Of a stretch of 64,000 nt of DNA, positions 1-8,064 are shown piece after piece. The notes below the pieces were generated by a model. The model searched no databases, was not told the origin of the DNA, and saw nothing but the letters and a program-made list of their open reading frames with translations. Location of the stretch: the NCBI GenBank assembly GCA_964395625.1, contig CAYNAR010000001.1, positions 19 through 64,018 of the forward strand, read 5' to 3'. Source of the DNA: an uncultured Gammaproteobacteria bacterium (lineage in GTDB: Bacteria; Patescibacteriota; Patescibacteriia; Patescibacteriales; WJLG01). Position 1 is the stretch's first letter; every line of letters begins with the position of its first letter. Made by a program: the position numbers and the translations under genes.

Positions 1-44
1 ATTAGCAAAAAGTGCAATATGTGTGTGCACATTACCCATGAGAC

Positions 45-73
45 TTGACTTTTTTGCAATAAAGTTGTAATAC
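45..73 (+). promoter_or_regulatory. Candidate sigma70 promoter for the 134-1948 gene
   Basis: TTGACT (45-50), 17-nt spacer, TAATAC (68-73), about 60 nt upstream of the start codon. Confidence 0.4.
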
Positions 74-133
74 AATGGTACACGCGTCCTTTAAAATTTA
101 GCTGCTTTTAAAAACATAACTAGGAGGTTCCTA

Positions 134-1948
134 ATGCGTAAGATGTTTCTTGCGATGATTTTCGCTTTGTCGATCAGTAATGTCTTCGCCGGCGTCGTCG
201 GCGGTTCTGTTTCCGATTCATCTTCTTCTTTGAGTTTGAGCCTGGTCAAAGTAAAAATCGATGGCCCGGGCTTAAAGGATTCTACGTTTACCGATTCTTT
301 GGGTAAGTTCAGTTTTAAGACTCCTGTCAAAGTTTCCAATCTGCCTGTTAAAAAAATATCAGCGATGCCGAACATTCGTCATAGCGGTGATATGATTACT
401 TGGCGAGATGCACAGAGTCCTGTTTCCCTCATGGTCTTTAGTGCTTCCGGACGGTTAGTGGAAAAATTCTCAAGCAGTAATAGTCTTGGAAGTTTTTCTT
501 TGGCTAAACTGCCCAGCGGCATGTACTTGATGAAGATGAACGGACTTGTCTTTAAGTATCTTCGGTATGGCAATGGTCGAAGCTGGTCTGATATGAATCA
601 GGCGCTTCTCTCGTCGAGTTTTGATGTCTCTGCCGATGTCGGCGATGTCTACACTCTGTCTTTTATTAAAACTTCTTTTGACACGCAGAAAGTCGTCGTC
701 GCCGATGGCGTCGATAGCTTGAAGGTTGGAATGAAGTTTATCGCCAATGCCGTCTATCGTTTGGATTGTATCAATTTTAGCCCATACAAGAATGGTCAAA
801 ATCCGAACAACAAAGTTTTTATTCCTCGGCATCAGATAATTGAACGGATGAGTATCGTTAAGCCCTATACTAAAAGTATAAGAATATTCAGTACGCTTAG
901 CGGTCTTGGGGCTTCTTGCGAAGTCGCTCATAAATTCGGACTGAAGACTTTTGCCGGCGCTTGGATTGGTCGTGACACTGCAGTCAATCGTGCGGAAATA
1001 GATAGCTTGATCGCTATGTCTTTGCGTGGCGAGGTTGATACCGTCATAATCGGTAGTGAGGCCTTGCTAAGACAGGATATAAACGAAGATAGCTTGATCG
1101 CGCATCTTCAGCGTTTCAGGACTGCCGTGCCGAACGTACCAGTGACGACAGCCGATGTCTATGGAGAGTTGATCGGACACCCGAAAGTTTTGGCTGTCTG
1201 CGATTTCGTCTATGGTAATTTCTATCCTTACTGGGAAGGCGTCGACGTCAAATATGCCGTAGCCAGTCTGGACGCTTCTTATGAGAATCTCTTGGATACG
1301 TCCGGTGGCAAGAGGGTTTTGATATCGGAAGCCGGATGGCCTTCGGAAGGAACTCTTTACGGACAGTCTCTTCCTTCAAAAGAGAACGCCGCTTATTATT
1401 TCTTGAATCTAGTCTCTTGGAGTAGAGCTAAAAAAATCAGCATCAATTATTTCGAAGCCTTTGACGAGTCGTGGAAGACTAACGAAGGAACAGTCGGACA
1501 GCATTGGGGATTATTCGATACGGCCGGAGTAATGAAGGCCGGTATGGAAAAAGTCTTTCAAGGAGATACGATGGTCGACAATTGGACTGGTGATTTTTTA
1601 GTCGGAGGTGAAGGGGTTCCGGCGATAGATACTGTATTCGTTCCAAAAATTGGCACGTCTGACAATCTCCAAGGAAAAGTTCTCCATGTGAAGCCGAAGG
1701 ATTATGGTATAGTGGTTTATATAAATGTTCCTGGCGCTGGTTGGTGGATAAAGCCGACTTATGCGTCTCCGGTCACAAAAATAAACCCCGATGGTAGTTG
1801 GATCTGTGATGTTACTACCGGCGGATCCGATCAGACAGCCACTAAATTTCACGTCTTCTTGATTCCCAAGGACTATACCCCACCTTCATCGTATTCCACT
1901 TTTAATCAGGAGAAAAAAGTAGCTGAATTGCTAATCATTAGAGAATGA
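134..1948 (+). CDS. Secreted glycoside hydrolase family 17-like beta-1,3-glucanase with N-terminal beta-sandwich modules
   Basis: 604-aa ORF. AGGAGG lies 6 nt upstream of the ATG. Signal-like N-terminus MRKMFLAMIFALSISNVFA. GH17-type motifs GSEALLR, VLISEAGWPSEG and NYFEAFDESWK. Confidence 0.75.
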   Translation: MRKMFLAMIFALSISNVFAGVVGGSVSDSSSSLSLSLVKVKIDGPGLKDSTFTDSLGKFSFKTPVKVSNLPVKKISAMPNIRHSGDMITWRDAQSPVSLMVFSASGRLVEKFSSSNSLGSFSLAKLPSGMYLMKMNGLVFKYLRYGNGRSWSDMNQALLSSSFDVSADVGDVYTLSFIKTSFDTQKVVVADGVDSLKVGMKFIANAVYRLDCINFSPYKNGQNPNNKVFIPRHQIIERMSIVKPYTKSIRIFSTLSGLGASCEVAHKFGLKTFAGAWIGRDTAVNRAEIDSLIAMSLRGEVDTVIIGSEALLRQDINEDSLIAHLQRFRTAVPNVPVTTADVYGELIGHPKVLAVCDFVYGNFYPYWEGVDVKYAVASLDASYENLLDTSGGKRVLISEAGWPSEGTLYGQSLPSKENAAYYFLNLVSWSRAKKISINYFEAFDESWKTNEGTVGQHWGLFDTAGVMKAGMEKVFQGDTMVDNWTGDFLVGGEGVPAIDTVFVPKIGTSDNLQGKVLHVKPKDYGIVVYINVPGAGWWIKPTYASPVTKINPDGSWICDVTTGGSDQTATKFHVFLIPKDYTPPSSYSTFNQEKKVAELLIIRE

Positions 1949-1973
1949 GTGCGGTTTTAAACTTCATTCTATG

Positions 1974-2003
1974 ACGTCCAGGGTTTTCTCTGGACGTTTT
2001 TTA
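1974..2003 (+). terminator. Rho-independent terminator
   Basis: acgtccag / ctggacgt 8-bp stem followed by a T-run, 26 nt after the stop codon. Confidence 0.8.
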
Positions 2004-2095
2004 TTTGCACCATGCTAAGACCTTCGTTTTTAAGAAATATTTTTTTGTGCTATTATTATAGTGGTTATTATTGACGATAATTTATTTTTTTAAAT

Positions 2096-2500
2096 ATGTC
2101 GGAAAAATTCAAAATTCTTTTGATTGAGGACGATCCGATGGTCGTTAAACTGTATCAAAGGAAATTGACCATCGACGGACACGAAGTTTCCTTGGCCTTC
2201 AATGGCGAGGAAGGAGTGGCCGCTTTGAACAAAGAGCGTCCTGACATCGTTCTTCTTGATGTCATGATGCCGAAGATGAACGGTTTCGAAGTTTTGAAAA
2301 TCGTCAAACAAGACGAAAAACTCAAAAGTATACCGATAATAGTTTTGACCAATCTCGACGATCGTTCCGAGGACACGGAAAAAATAAGACAGCTCGGTGC
2401 CGATGACCATTTGGTTAAGGCTAACACATCCCTAAAAGAATTGACAGAGAGAATCAGATTGAACGTTGAGAAGGCGAGAGCAAAGGGGAACTCCAATTGA
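2096..2500 (+). CDS. Stand-alone response regulator receiver (CheY-like) protein
   Basis: 134 aa. REC motifs ILLIEDD and DIVLLDVMMPKMNGFEVL, a T in IIVLTNL and a K in HLVK. No output domain. Confidence 0.85.
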   Translation: MSEKFKILLIEDDPMVVKLYQRKLTIDGHEVSLAFNGEEGVAALNKERPDIVLLDVMMPKMNGFEVLKIVKQDEKLKSIPIIVLTNLDDRSEDTEKIRQLGADDHLVKANTSLKELTERIRLNVEKARAKGNSN

Positions 2501-2510
2501 TCGATAAAAA

Positions 2511-2545
2511 ATCGCGGCCGAAAGTTTCGGTCGCGATTTTGTTTT
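2511..2545. terminator. Bidirectional terminator between convergent genes
   Basis: atcgcggccgaaa / tttcggtcgcgat 13-bp stem (one G-U pair), flanked by an A-run and a T-run. Confidence 0.75.
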
Positions 2546-2984
2546 ATTCTTTTTTGACCTCTTGCTCCTTCTCTCTTTTTTCTGCGCATTTAGGGCAACG
2601 ACAGCCGTGAGGTTTTATGAAAGCGTCGAAATATTCTTTGCCGTAGTTATAAGTAAGCTCCTCTCCGGCTTTAATATTCTTTATCGATGAGATTATTATT
2701 CTCTTTCCTTTTATCTCCGGTTCGCAATTGGGTCGGCAGGAGTGATTTAAGTAGCGACTAAGGTTCTCGAGTTTTCTTCCGTCCATAGTCCAGCGAGAGT
2801 TGATATCGAACAAGTAGCGTCCGCCTCTCTTATTAGCCTCGTCGGCGGAAATCAATTCTCCGGAGTAGTCGAGAACGAACTCTCCATTTTTGATTGGTTC
2901 GTTCGCGAAGACTCCTAGGCCGGCCATGGATCTTTTGACCGATAACGAGAAAGGGGAGTTGTGTTTATATTTTTCCTTGGGCAT
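2544..2984 (-). CDS. SET domain protein (putative protein-lysine methyltransferase)
   Basis: 146 aa. SET signatures LNHSCRPNCE and ELTYNYG. Cys-rich post-SET segment GCRCPKC. Confidence 0.8.
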   Translation of the reverse strand: MPKEKYKHNSPFSLSVKRSMAGLGVFANEPIKNGEFVLDYSGELISADEANKRGGRYLFDINSRWTMDGRKLENLSRYLNHSCRPNCEPEIKGKRIIISSIKNIKAGEELTYNYGKEYFDAFIKPHGCRCPKCAEKREKEQEVKKE

Positions 2985-3068
2985 ATTTTTTATTTTTTTA
3001 TTCAGATGTTTATTATATCACAAGAGAGTGTCTGCTGTCCCTTTATGTTTTTGTCTGCGCCGGTTCAT

Positions 3069-3097
3069 TTGACATTTTTTTATTTTTATGATAAAAA
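3069..3097 (+). promoter_or_regulatory. Sigma70 promoter with extended -10
   Basis: TTGACA (3069-3074), 17-nt spacer, TGaTAAAAT (-10 at 3092-3097), upstream of the 3163 gene. Confidence 0.6.
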
Positions 3098-3162
3098 TTG
3101 ATTTCGTTCTTCGACAATATTGAAGAAATAAAATACCTATCATTTTCTAAAAAGGAGAGGCT

Positions 3163-4074
3163 ATGCTTAAAGCTTTTGTTTTGCTACTCGTCTCTTTGTC
3201 GTCTTTCGGACTTTCCGCCGACACCTATTTCGTTGAAAAGTCTCAGGATGGTTCCTATGTCAGGGTTCTTAAAGGGGCTACCGGTGCAGATATCTCCGTT
3301 AAAGAGAGCTTTGTTCCGATAGACTCTTTTCGTGTCGATTTTTCAGGCATCAATCTCGGTGTCTATGATATCGACACATCGGAGGCTATTATCGCCGCCG
3401 CTAACAAGGGTGGAGAGGTGGATAGTGAATACTTGCCGGCATTCCCGATGTCCTTCACGATAAAGTTTATCGAAAACGGACATGGTAAGGCTGTGCAGGG
3501 TTGGTTTCCTCCGGAATTTGTTAAGAGGTTGGATTATTTGAAGTACGAGAGAAGTCTTGATGGAGATTTGCCGACCGTGCGTTTTTTAGAGGAAAAAAGC
3601 ATTGGCGGAAAATTCTTTGTGAGTAAATCCATGTTATTGATTTTTTTACTTTTGACTATTTCCTTATTGATATTATTATTTGGATCGATTAGACATTTTT
3701 TTAAGCAAGGTGCGAGGGGGGAGTATGTCTTTGCTTCATTGTGTTCCGTGACGCTGTCGATGGCGGTTATGATTGTCGTTTATTTTGTCGCCTCTTTTTT
3801 ACAAGCCGAGACAGCTAGGGCAATCGTCGCCTATTCGCCGGTTATCCTTTTTTTCATTATTGCCGTATTAGTCTTTTTGTTCGGCAAGATCGATATTGGA
3901 TTGGTAATTGTTCTCGCCTCCGCTTATTTTCCGGTTTTGTCTATAGTCGCTATTGTTTCTATGAATTGGCGATGGGGAGTGATCTCGGTGGTTATTTTTA
4001 ATATTTCTTTTTTATTGGCACTTTTAGTGAAAGACAGCTTGCCGATCAAACGTTCTTTTGCGACTAAATACTGA
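3163..4074 (+). CDS. Membrane protein of unknown function (signal peptide, extracytoplasmic domain, about 5 C-terminal TM helices)
   Basis: 303 aa. GGAGAGG RBS. N-terminus MLKAFVLLLVSLSSFGLSA. Hydrophobic C-terminal half. Confidence 0.6.
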   Translation: MLKAFVLLLVSLSSFGLSADTYFVEKSQDGSYVRVLKGATGADISVKESFVPIDSFRVDFSGINLGVYDIDTSEAIIAAANKGGEVDSEYLPAFPMSFTIKFIENGHGKAVQGWFPPEFVKRLDYLKYERSLDGDLPTVRFLEEKSIGGKFFVSKSMLLIFLLLTISLLILLFGSIRHFFKQGARGEYVFASLCSVTLSMAVMIVVYFVASFLQAETARAIVAYSPVILFFIIAVLVFLFGKIDIGLVIVLASAYFPVLSIVAIVSMNWRWGVISVVIFNISFLLALLVKDSLPIKRSFATKY

Positions 4075-4182
4075 CATTGACTAAAGAGAGGATTATATAG
4101 CCTCTCTTTTTTATTGACATACTATTTACTTGCCCAGTCTCGTTTTTATTGTTAATATTTAAAGAGTAAATACATAAAAAGT

Positions 4183-4407
4183 ATGGAAAAAGAAATGGAT
4201 TTTTTTGCCAACGAAGAGAATGGTGAAAACAAGGTAGAAAATGCTAGAGAAAAAGCCTTAATAAAAAAGGCAATAGAGAAATATGGGGTAATACGCCCAT
4301 CCGGAACGAAAACAAGCTTTAAGGAGTGTTTTACTTCTGATGCCGGTAAGCTTGTTTTTTGGTTTAATACTGAAGACGATAGCACTCACGTGGTAATCGA
4401 GGATTAA
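4183..4407 (+). CDS. Small hypothetical protein
   Basis: 74-aa ORF in an otherwise empty gap. No recognisable motif and a weak RBS. Confidence 0.35.
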   Translation: MEKEMDFFANEENGENKVENAREKALIKKAIEKYGVIRPSGTKTSFKECFTSDAGKLVFWFNTEDDSTHVVIED

Positions 4408-4590
4408 GTGCATGAGGGCGTTTTTTGTCGGATTACTAGGTTTTTCCGTCTTTTTACGTCTTGCCTCTTGATTATTTTTATTTTTTGTGCTTTAATTAAC
4501 TTTTATCGGGTTAAAGGAGGAAATTAAGCTTCTTTATTGATTGTTTCCGGTAGAACCATTAATTCAAAACAATCAAGTAATTTTATTTTT

Positions 4591-5316
4591 ATGGGTAAAT
4601 TTGATCGTAACCGCGGTGGATTCGGCGGTTCAAGATTCGGTGGCCGTGATCGCGGCCCAAGACGCAGCGGCGGCTTTGGAGGCTCCTCCAACGGTGGCAT
4701 GCATAAGGCTATTTGCGCCGAATGCGGCGACGAGTGCCAGGTGCCTTTCCGCCCGACCGGCGATCGTCCGGTTTTGTGCAGTACCTGCTTCAAAGGTCCT
4801 GGACACAACGAACCGAGACGCGACGATCGTCGCAGTTTTGATCGCCCGAGATTCGAGGAGAAACAGATGTTCGACGCCGTTTGCTCCGAGTGCGGTAGCG
4901 ATTGCCAAGTTCCGTTCAGACCTACTCAGGGTAAGGACGTTCTATGCAGTGATTGCTTCGGCAACAAGGAAAAGGGCGGAGACCTCAAGATTTTCGATAA
5001 GTCTAGCAAGGGCAATAATGGCAATAGAAGCGATTATGAAAAGCAGTTCGAAGCTCTTAACGTCAAGATCAATAAGATTTTGGAATTGTTGAGCCCGACA
5101 GCTAAGGCCGAGGCTATCGAAGCCGTCAAAGAGGTCTATGCCGGCAAGAAGGCCGAGAAGGCTGAGAAGGTCGTCGAGGAAGTGAAGGAAGAGAAAGAAG
5201 AGGTTGCCGAGGAGGTCGAGAAGAAGGCTAAGAAGGCAGTCAAGAAGGTTGCCAAGAAAGCCGAGAAAAAGGAGGAAAAGGCTCCTGCTAAGAAAAAGGC
5301 AACTAAGAAGAAATAA
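4591..5316 (+). CDS. Protein with two CxxC-x17-CxxC zinc-ribbon domains, an RGG-rich N-terminus and a Lys/Glu/Ala-rich tail
   Basis: Two exact CxxC-x17-CxxC units: CAECGDECQVPFRPTGDRPVLCSTC and CSECGSDCQVPFRPTQGKDVLCSDC. I prefer the ATG at 4591 (MGKFDRNRGGFGG). The ORF track starts at TTG 4537, which lies 15 nt after an AGGAGG, so the start is uncertain. Confidence 0.75.
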   Translation: MGKFDRNRGGFGGSRFGGRDRGPRRSGGFGGSSNGGMHKAICAECGDECQVPFRPTGDRPVLCSTCFKGPGHNEPRRDDRRSFDRPRFEEKQMFDAVCSECGSDCQVPFRPTQGKDVLCSDCFGNKEKGGDLKIFDKSSKGNNGNRSDYEKQFEALNVKINKILELLSPTAKAEAIEAVKEVYAGKKAEKAEKVVEEVKEEKEEVAEEVEKKAKKAVKKVAKKAEKKEEKAPAKKKATKKK

Positions 5317-5342
5317 ATTCTTAAAAGAATTCAAATAAGAAA

Positions 5343-5376
5343 AAAGACGGGATATTGAAAGCCCGTCTTTTTTTTG
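5343..5376 (+). terminator. Rho-independent terminator
   Basis: aaagacggg / cccgtcttt stem followed by T8. It overlaps the ORF-track start of the next gene, which argues for the later ATG at 5412. Confidence 0.8.
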
Positions 5377-5411
5377 TTATAATATTGGTATCAATAATAA
5401 TTATAATAAAT

Positions 5412-6134
5412 ATGACAGAATCAAAAAATTTTTCAGCGGTCATTCTGGGTTTGGCTATAATAGCCAGCGCTGCGGTCTTTGGCTTCCTTTATCATTCCGC
5501 TCAGGCGGTAAATTCTAAGGACGTGTTAGCTGTTACCGGGTCGACCAAGACGCGTGTAACTTCTGATCAGGCTAAATTAGTCGTTAGTCTTAGTCGTACG
5601 GCGCGTCAAGAGGAATTGTCTAACGGCAAGAAAGAAATCGCTCGCGATCTGAGTTTGGTGCGTGAACTTTTTCAGTCGGCCGGCATCGATATGTCCGGTG
5701 TGAACGAGAGCCCGCTTTCCATGTATCAGGCCTATGATCAGTACAATACAGGTGTCGTTCGCTATCAGTTCAGTCAGTCGGTAACATTGCAGTCGTCCGA
5801 TGTTAATAAGATAACGGAAATCTCCAAGAAGATTCCCGACCTTGTCGACAAGGGGGCTTTAGTCTCGATACAGTCTTTAGAATACTATTATTCCAAGTTG
5901 CCGGATTTGCGCGTCTCTTTATTGACTGAGGCCGTTAAGGACGCCAAAGTGCGCGCCGACAAGATAGCCAGTGGAACAGGTCGTAGGGTTGGCGGTGTCC
6001 AGTCCGCTTCTATCGGAGTGGTACAGGTTGTGTCCCCGAATTCTGTCGACGTCTCCGATTACGGCAATTACGACACTTCTAGCATAGAGAAGGATGTGAT
6101 GGTGACTGTTAAAGCGACGTTTAGATTGGAATAG
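5412..6134 (+). CDS. SIMPL/DUF541-family periplasmic protein
   Basis: N-terminal TM or signal segment, then LAVTGSTKTRVTSDQAKLVVSL. Overall layout matches YggE/SIMPL proteins, including the C-terminal VMVTVKATFRLE. Confidence 0.65.
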   Translation: MTESKNFSAVILGLAIIASAAVFGFLYHSAQAVNSKDVLAVTGSTKTRVTSDQAKLVVSLSRTARQEELSNGKKEIARDLSLVRELFQSAGIDMSGVNESPLSMYQAYDQYNTGVVRYQFSQSVTLQSSDVNKITEISKKIPDLVDKGALVSIQSLEYYYSKLPDLRVSLLTEAVKDAKVRADKIASGTGRRVGGVQSASIGVVQVVSPNSVDVSDYGNYDTSSIEKDVMVTVKATFRLE

Positions 6135-6160
6135 TATAGAATCGAACGGATAAAAAGAAA

Positions 6161-6186
6161 CCCCTGCATGATTTGCGGGGGTTTTG
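6161..6186. terminator. Bidirectional terminator between convergent genes
   Basis: acccctgca / tgcgggggt stem, with an A-run upstream and a T-run downstream. Confidence 0.7.
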
Positions 6187-6199
6187 TTATAGTTTTTTG

Positions 6200-6877
6200 T
6201 TATTGTTTTTTTATCACTCTTTCTTTGAATTCGTTGAACACGTTTTCAGAGTTTACGTAGTCGTAAAGACCACTATTTCCAATCACACCACCAAGACTGT
6301 AATAAAAGGCAAGGATTTTTCCTTTGTCGGTGTCTACTTTTTTTGCGCCAAGCTCATAGTATGGCTCGGTTGTATCTTTGCAGACAGCTAGACTATCAGC
6401 GACCCATTTTTTTATCTTTTTGATCGTGCTTATCTGCTCGTCGTTCAGATTGTTGGATGTCGTCCTTATGGATATTTTTATTTTCGGAGACATTTTGTCT
6501 CTTGGGTTTTTGAAGAATCCGGAAAATCTGACAACCTGTTGTTGTGTCGTTTGCTTTTGGCGAACTTCCGCTTTTTTGGTTGTATCCGTGCTCTTTATTT
6601 TTTTGACAGTGTCGACTACTGCGGTGGTTTTTTTTGCAGCTTGTGCGGTGTCTGCTTTGGTAGTGTCTTTTTTTGTCAATTCAATGATTATTCCGGTAGT
6701 GCTGTCTTTTTTTACTGAGTCGACGGCCGATATCGGGACATCGATTTGCTTGACGTTGTCGACGACGGATGTTTGCGTTTTCTGTGCAGACTTGGACGTG
6801 TCGATTTCTTTATCGGCGGTGTTTTGCCCGAATGCCAATAGCGGTGCAGAGAGAATAATGATTTTAAAGAACTTCAT
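6200..6877 (-). CDS. Secreted protein of unknown function (Thr/Lys-rich linker)
   Basis: 225 aa. GGAG RBS. Signal peptide MKFFKIIILSAPLLAFG. Confidence 0.6.
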   Translation of the reverse strand: MKFFKIIILSAPLLAFGQNTADKEIDTSKSAQKTQTSVVDNVKQIDVPISAVDSVKKDSTTGIIIELTKKDTTKADTAQAAKKTTAVVDTVKKIKSTDTTKKAEVRQKQTTQQQVVRFSGFFKNPRDKMSPKIKISIRTTSNNLNDEQISTIKKIKKWVADSLAVCKDTTEPYYELGAKKVDTDKGKILAFYYSLGGVIGNSGLYDYVNSENVFNEFKERVIKKQ

Positions 6878-7003
6878 ATAGGACTCCTTTTGTTGGTTTT
6901 TTGGTGTGTTTCGTCTTTACATTGGCATAATTTTTATTTTTTGTCAATAAGCATTGGTCTTTTGTCGTTTAAGACTGTATAATCTAAATATAATATATTT
7001 TTT

Positions 7004-7477
7004 ATGAAAAAAGACATTGTTAAGTTGGCTGTCTCGATTGTGGCTTGCCAAATGGCCGGTTTTATCGGCTCGATATTCACGACTAAATCTATTCCGACTT
7101 GGTACGCTTCTTTGGAGAGGCCGAGTATCGCTCCGCCGAATTGGGTGTTCGCTCCGGTTTGGACTACGCTTTTCGTTTTGATGGGCATTTCGGCTTTTAT
7201 GATCTGGCGTTTAGGATTGAAACGTAAAGACGTTAAAGTCGCCTTGGGCTTTTTTATCGCTCAACTTGTCTTGAACACACTTTGGTCTGTAATATTCTTC
7301 GGCCTTCGTTCTTTAGGTGGTGCATTTTTCGAAATCGTAATACTGTGGCTATCGATATTATTTACAATAATCCTATTTTTCAAAATATCTCGGCCGGCGG
7401 CTTATCTGTTGTTTCCGTATATAGCTTGGGTTAGTTTCGCTTCTTATCTCACTTATTCATATTGGGCGCTTAATTAA
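7004..7477 (+). CDS. tspO: TspO/MBR family tryptophan-rich sensory protein
   Basis: 157 aa, 5 TM helices. Motifs WYASLERPSIAPPNWVFAPVWTTLFVLMG and a Trp-rich C-terminus. Confidence 0.85.
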   Translation: MKKDIVKLAVSIVACQMAGFIGSIFTTKSIPTWYASLERPSIAPPNWVFAPVWTTLFVLMGISAFMIWRLGLKRKDVKVALGFFIAQLVLNTLWSVIFFGLRSLGGAFFEIVILWLSILFTIILFFKISRPAAYLLFPYIAWVSFASYLTYSYWALN

Positions 7478-7480
7478 TAT

Positions 7481-7990
7481 ATGTTGACTTTTTTGTATAT
7501 CTCTTTTTTCATCGTAGCTCTTACCTTTGCCTATGCGGCGATCAAAGGTGCGCCATGGGTGCCGACTGTCGGCAAGGATTTAGAGCGTTTTTTGGCGTTA
7601 GCCAAGATTCAGCCCGGCCAGCGGATGTATGACTTAGGTTGTGGCGATGGTCGATTGGTCGTAGCGGCGGCCGAAGCCGGCGCTGAAGCGAGAGGGGTGG
7701 AGCTTTCTTTGTTTCCTTTCGCCATGGCCGTTTTTCGCCAGCTCCTTTCTCCGAGTCGCGCCAGAGTGAAGATCCTTTTTAGGGATATTTGGCATACCGA
7801 CCTTTCTGATGCCGATATCGTCTATTTTTTCCTGATGCCGAAGGTTTATCCAAAGCTCAAGGAAAAATTAGAGAAAGAGCTTAAAAAAGGCGCTAAGGTG
7901 ATAACATACGTCTGGGCGATGCCTGGCTGGCAAGCGGAGAAGGTCGATGAGGCCGAGGGGAGGGCGAAGATGTATTTGTATCAGAGGTAG
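7481..7990 (+). CDS. Class I SAM-dependent methyltransferase (membrane-anchored)
   Basis: 169 aa. N-terminal TM helix. SAM-binding motif I MYDLGCGDGRLVV. Confidence 0.7.
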   Translation: MLTFLYISFFIVALTFAYAAIKGAPWVPTVGKDLERFLALAKIQPGQRMYDLGCGDGRLVVAAAEAGAEARGVELSLFPFAMAVFRQLLSPSRARVKILFRDIWHTDLSDADIVYFFLMPKVYPKLKEKLEKELKKGAKVITYVWAMPGWQAEKVDEAEGRAKMYLYQR

Positions 7991-8014
7991 TAGTTATAAA
8001 AATTATTTTGCTTA

Positions 8015-8044
8015 AAATAGCCATTTTAATTGGCTATTTTTTTA
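8015..8044 (+). terminator. Rho-independent terminator
   Basis: aaatagcca / tggctattt stem followed by a T-run. Confidence 0.75.
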
Positions 8045-8064
8045 TTATGTATATGATTTTTATG

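Noticed and set aside
4524-5334. Alternative-frame and antisense ORFs over the CxxC-x17-CxxC gene: 4524-4808 (-), 4541-5092 (+), 4630-4908 (-) and 4942-5334 (-).
   Set aside because: They are a compositional artefact of the GC-rich RGG region and the GAA/AAG-rich tail. Only the frame with two exact zinc-ribbon units is credible.
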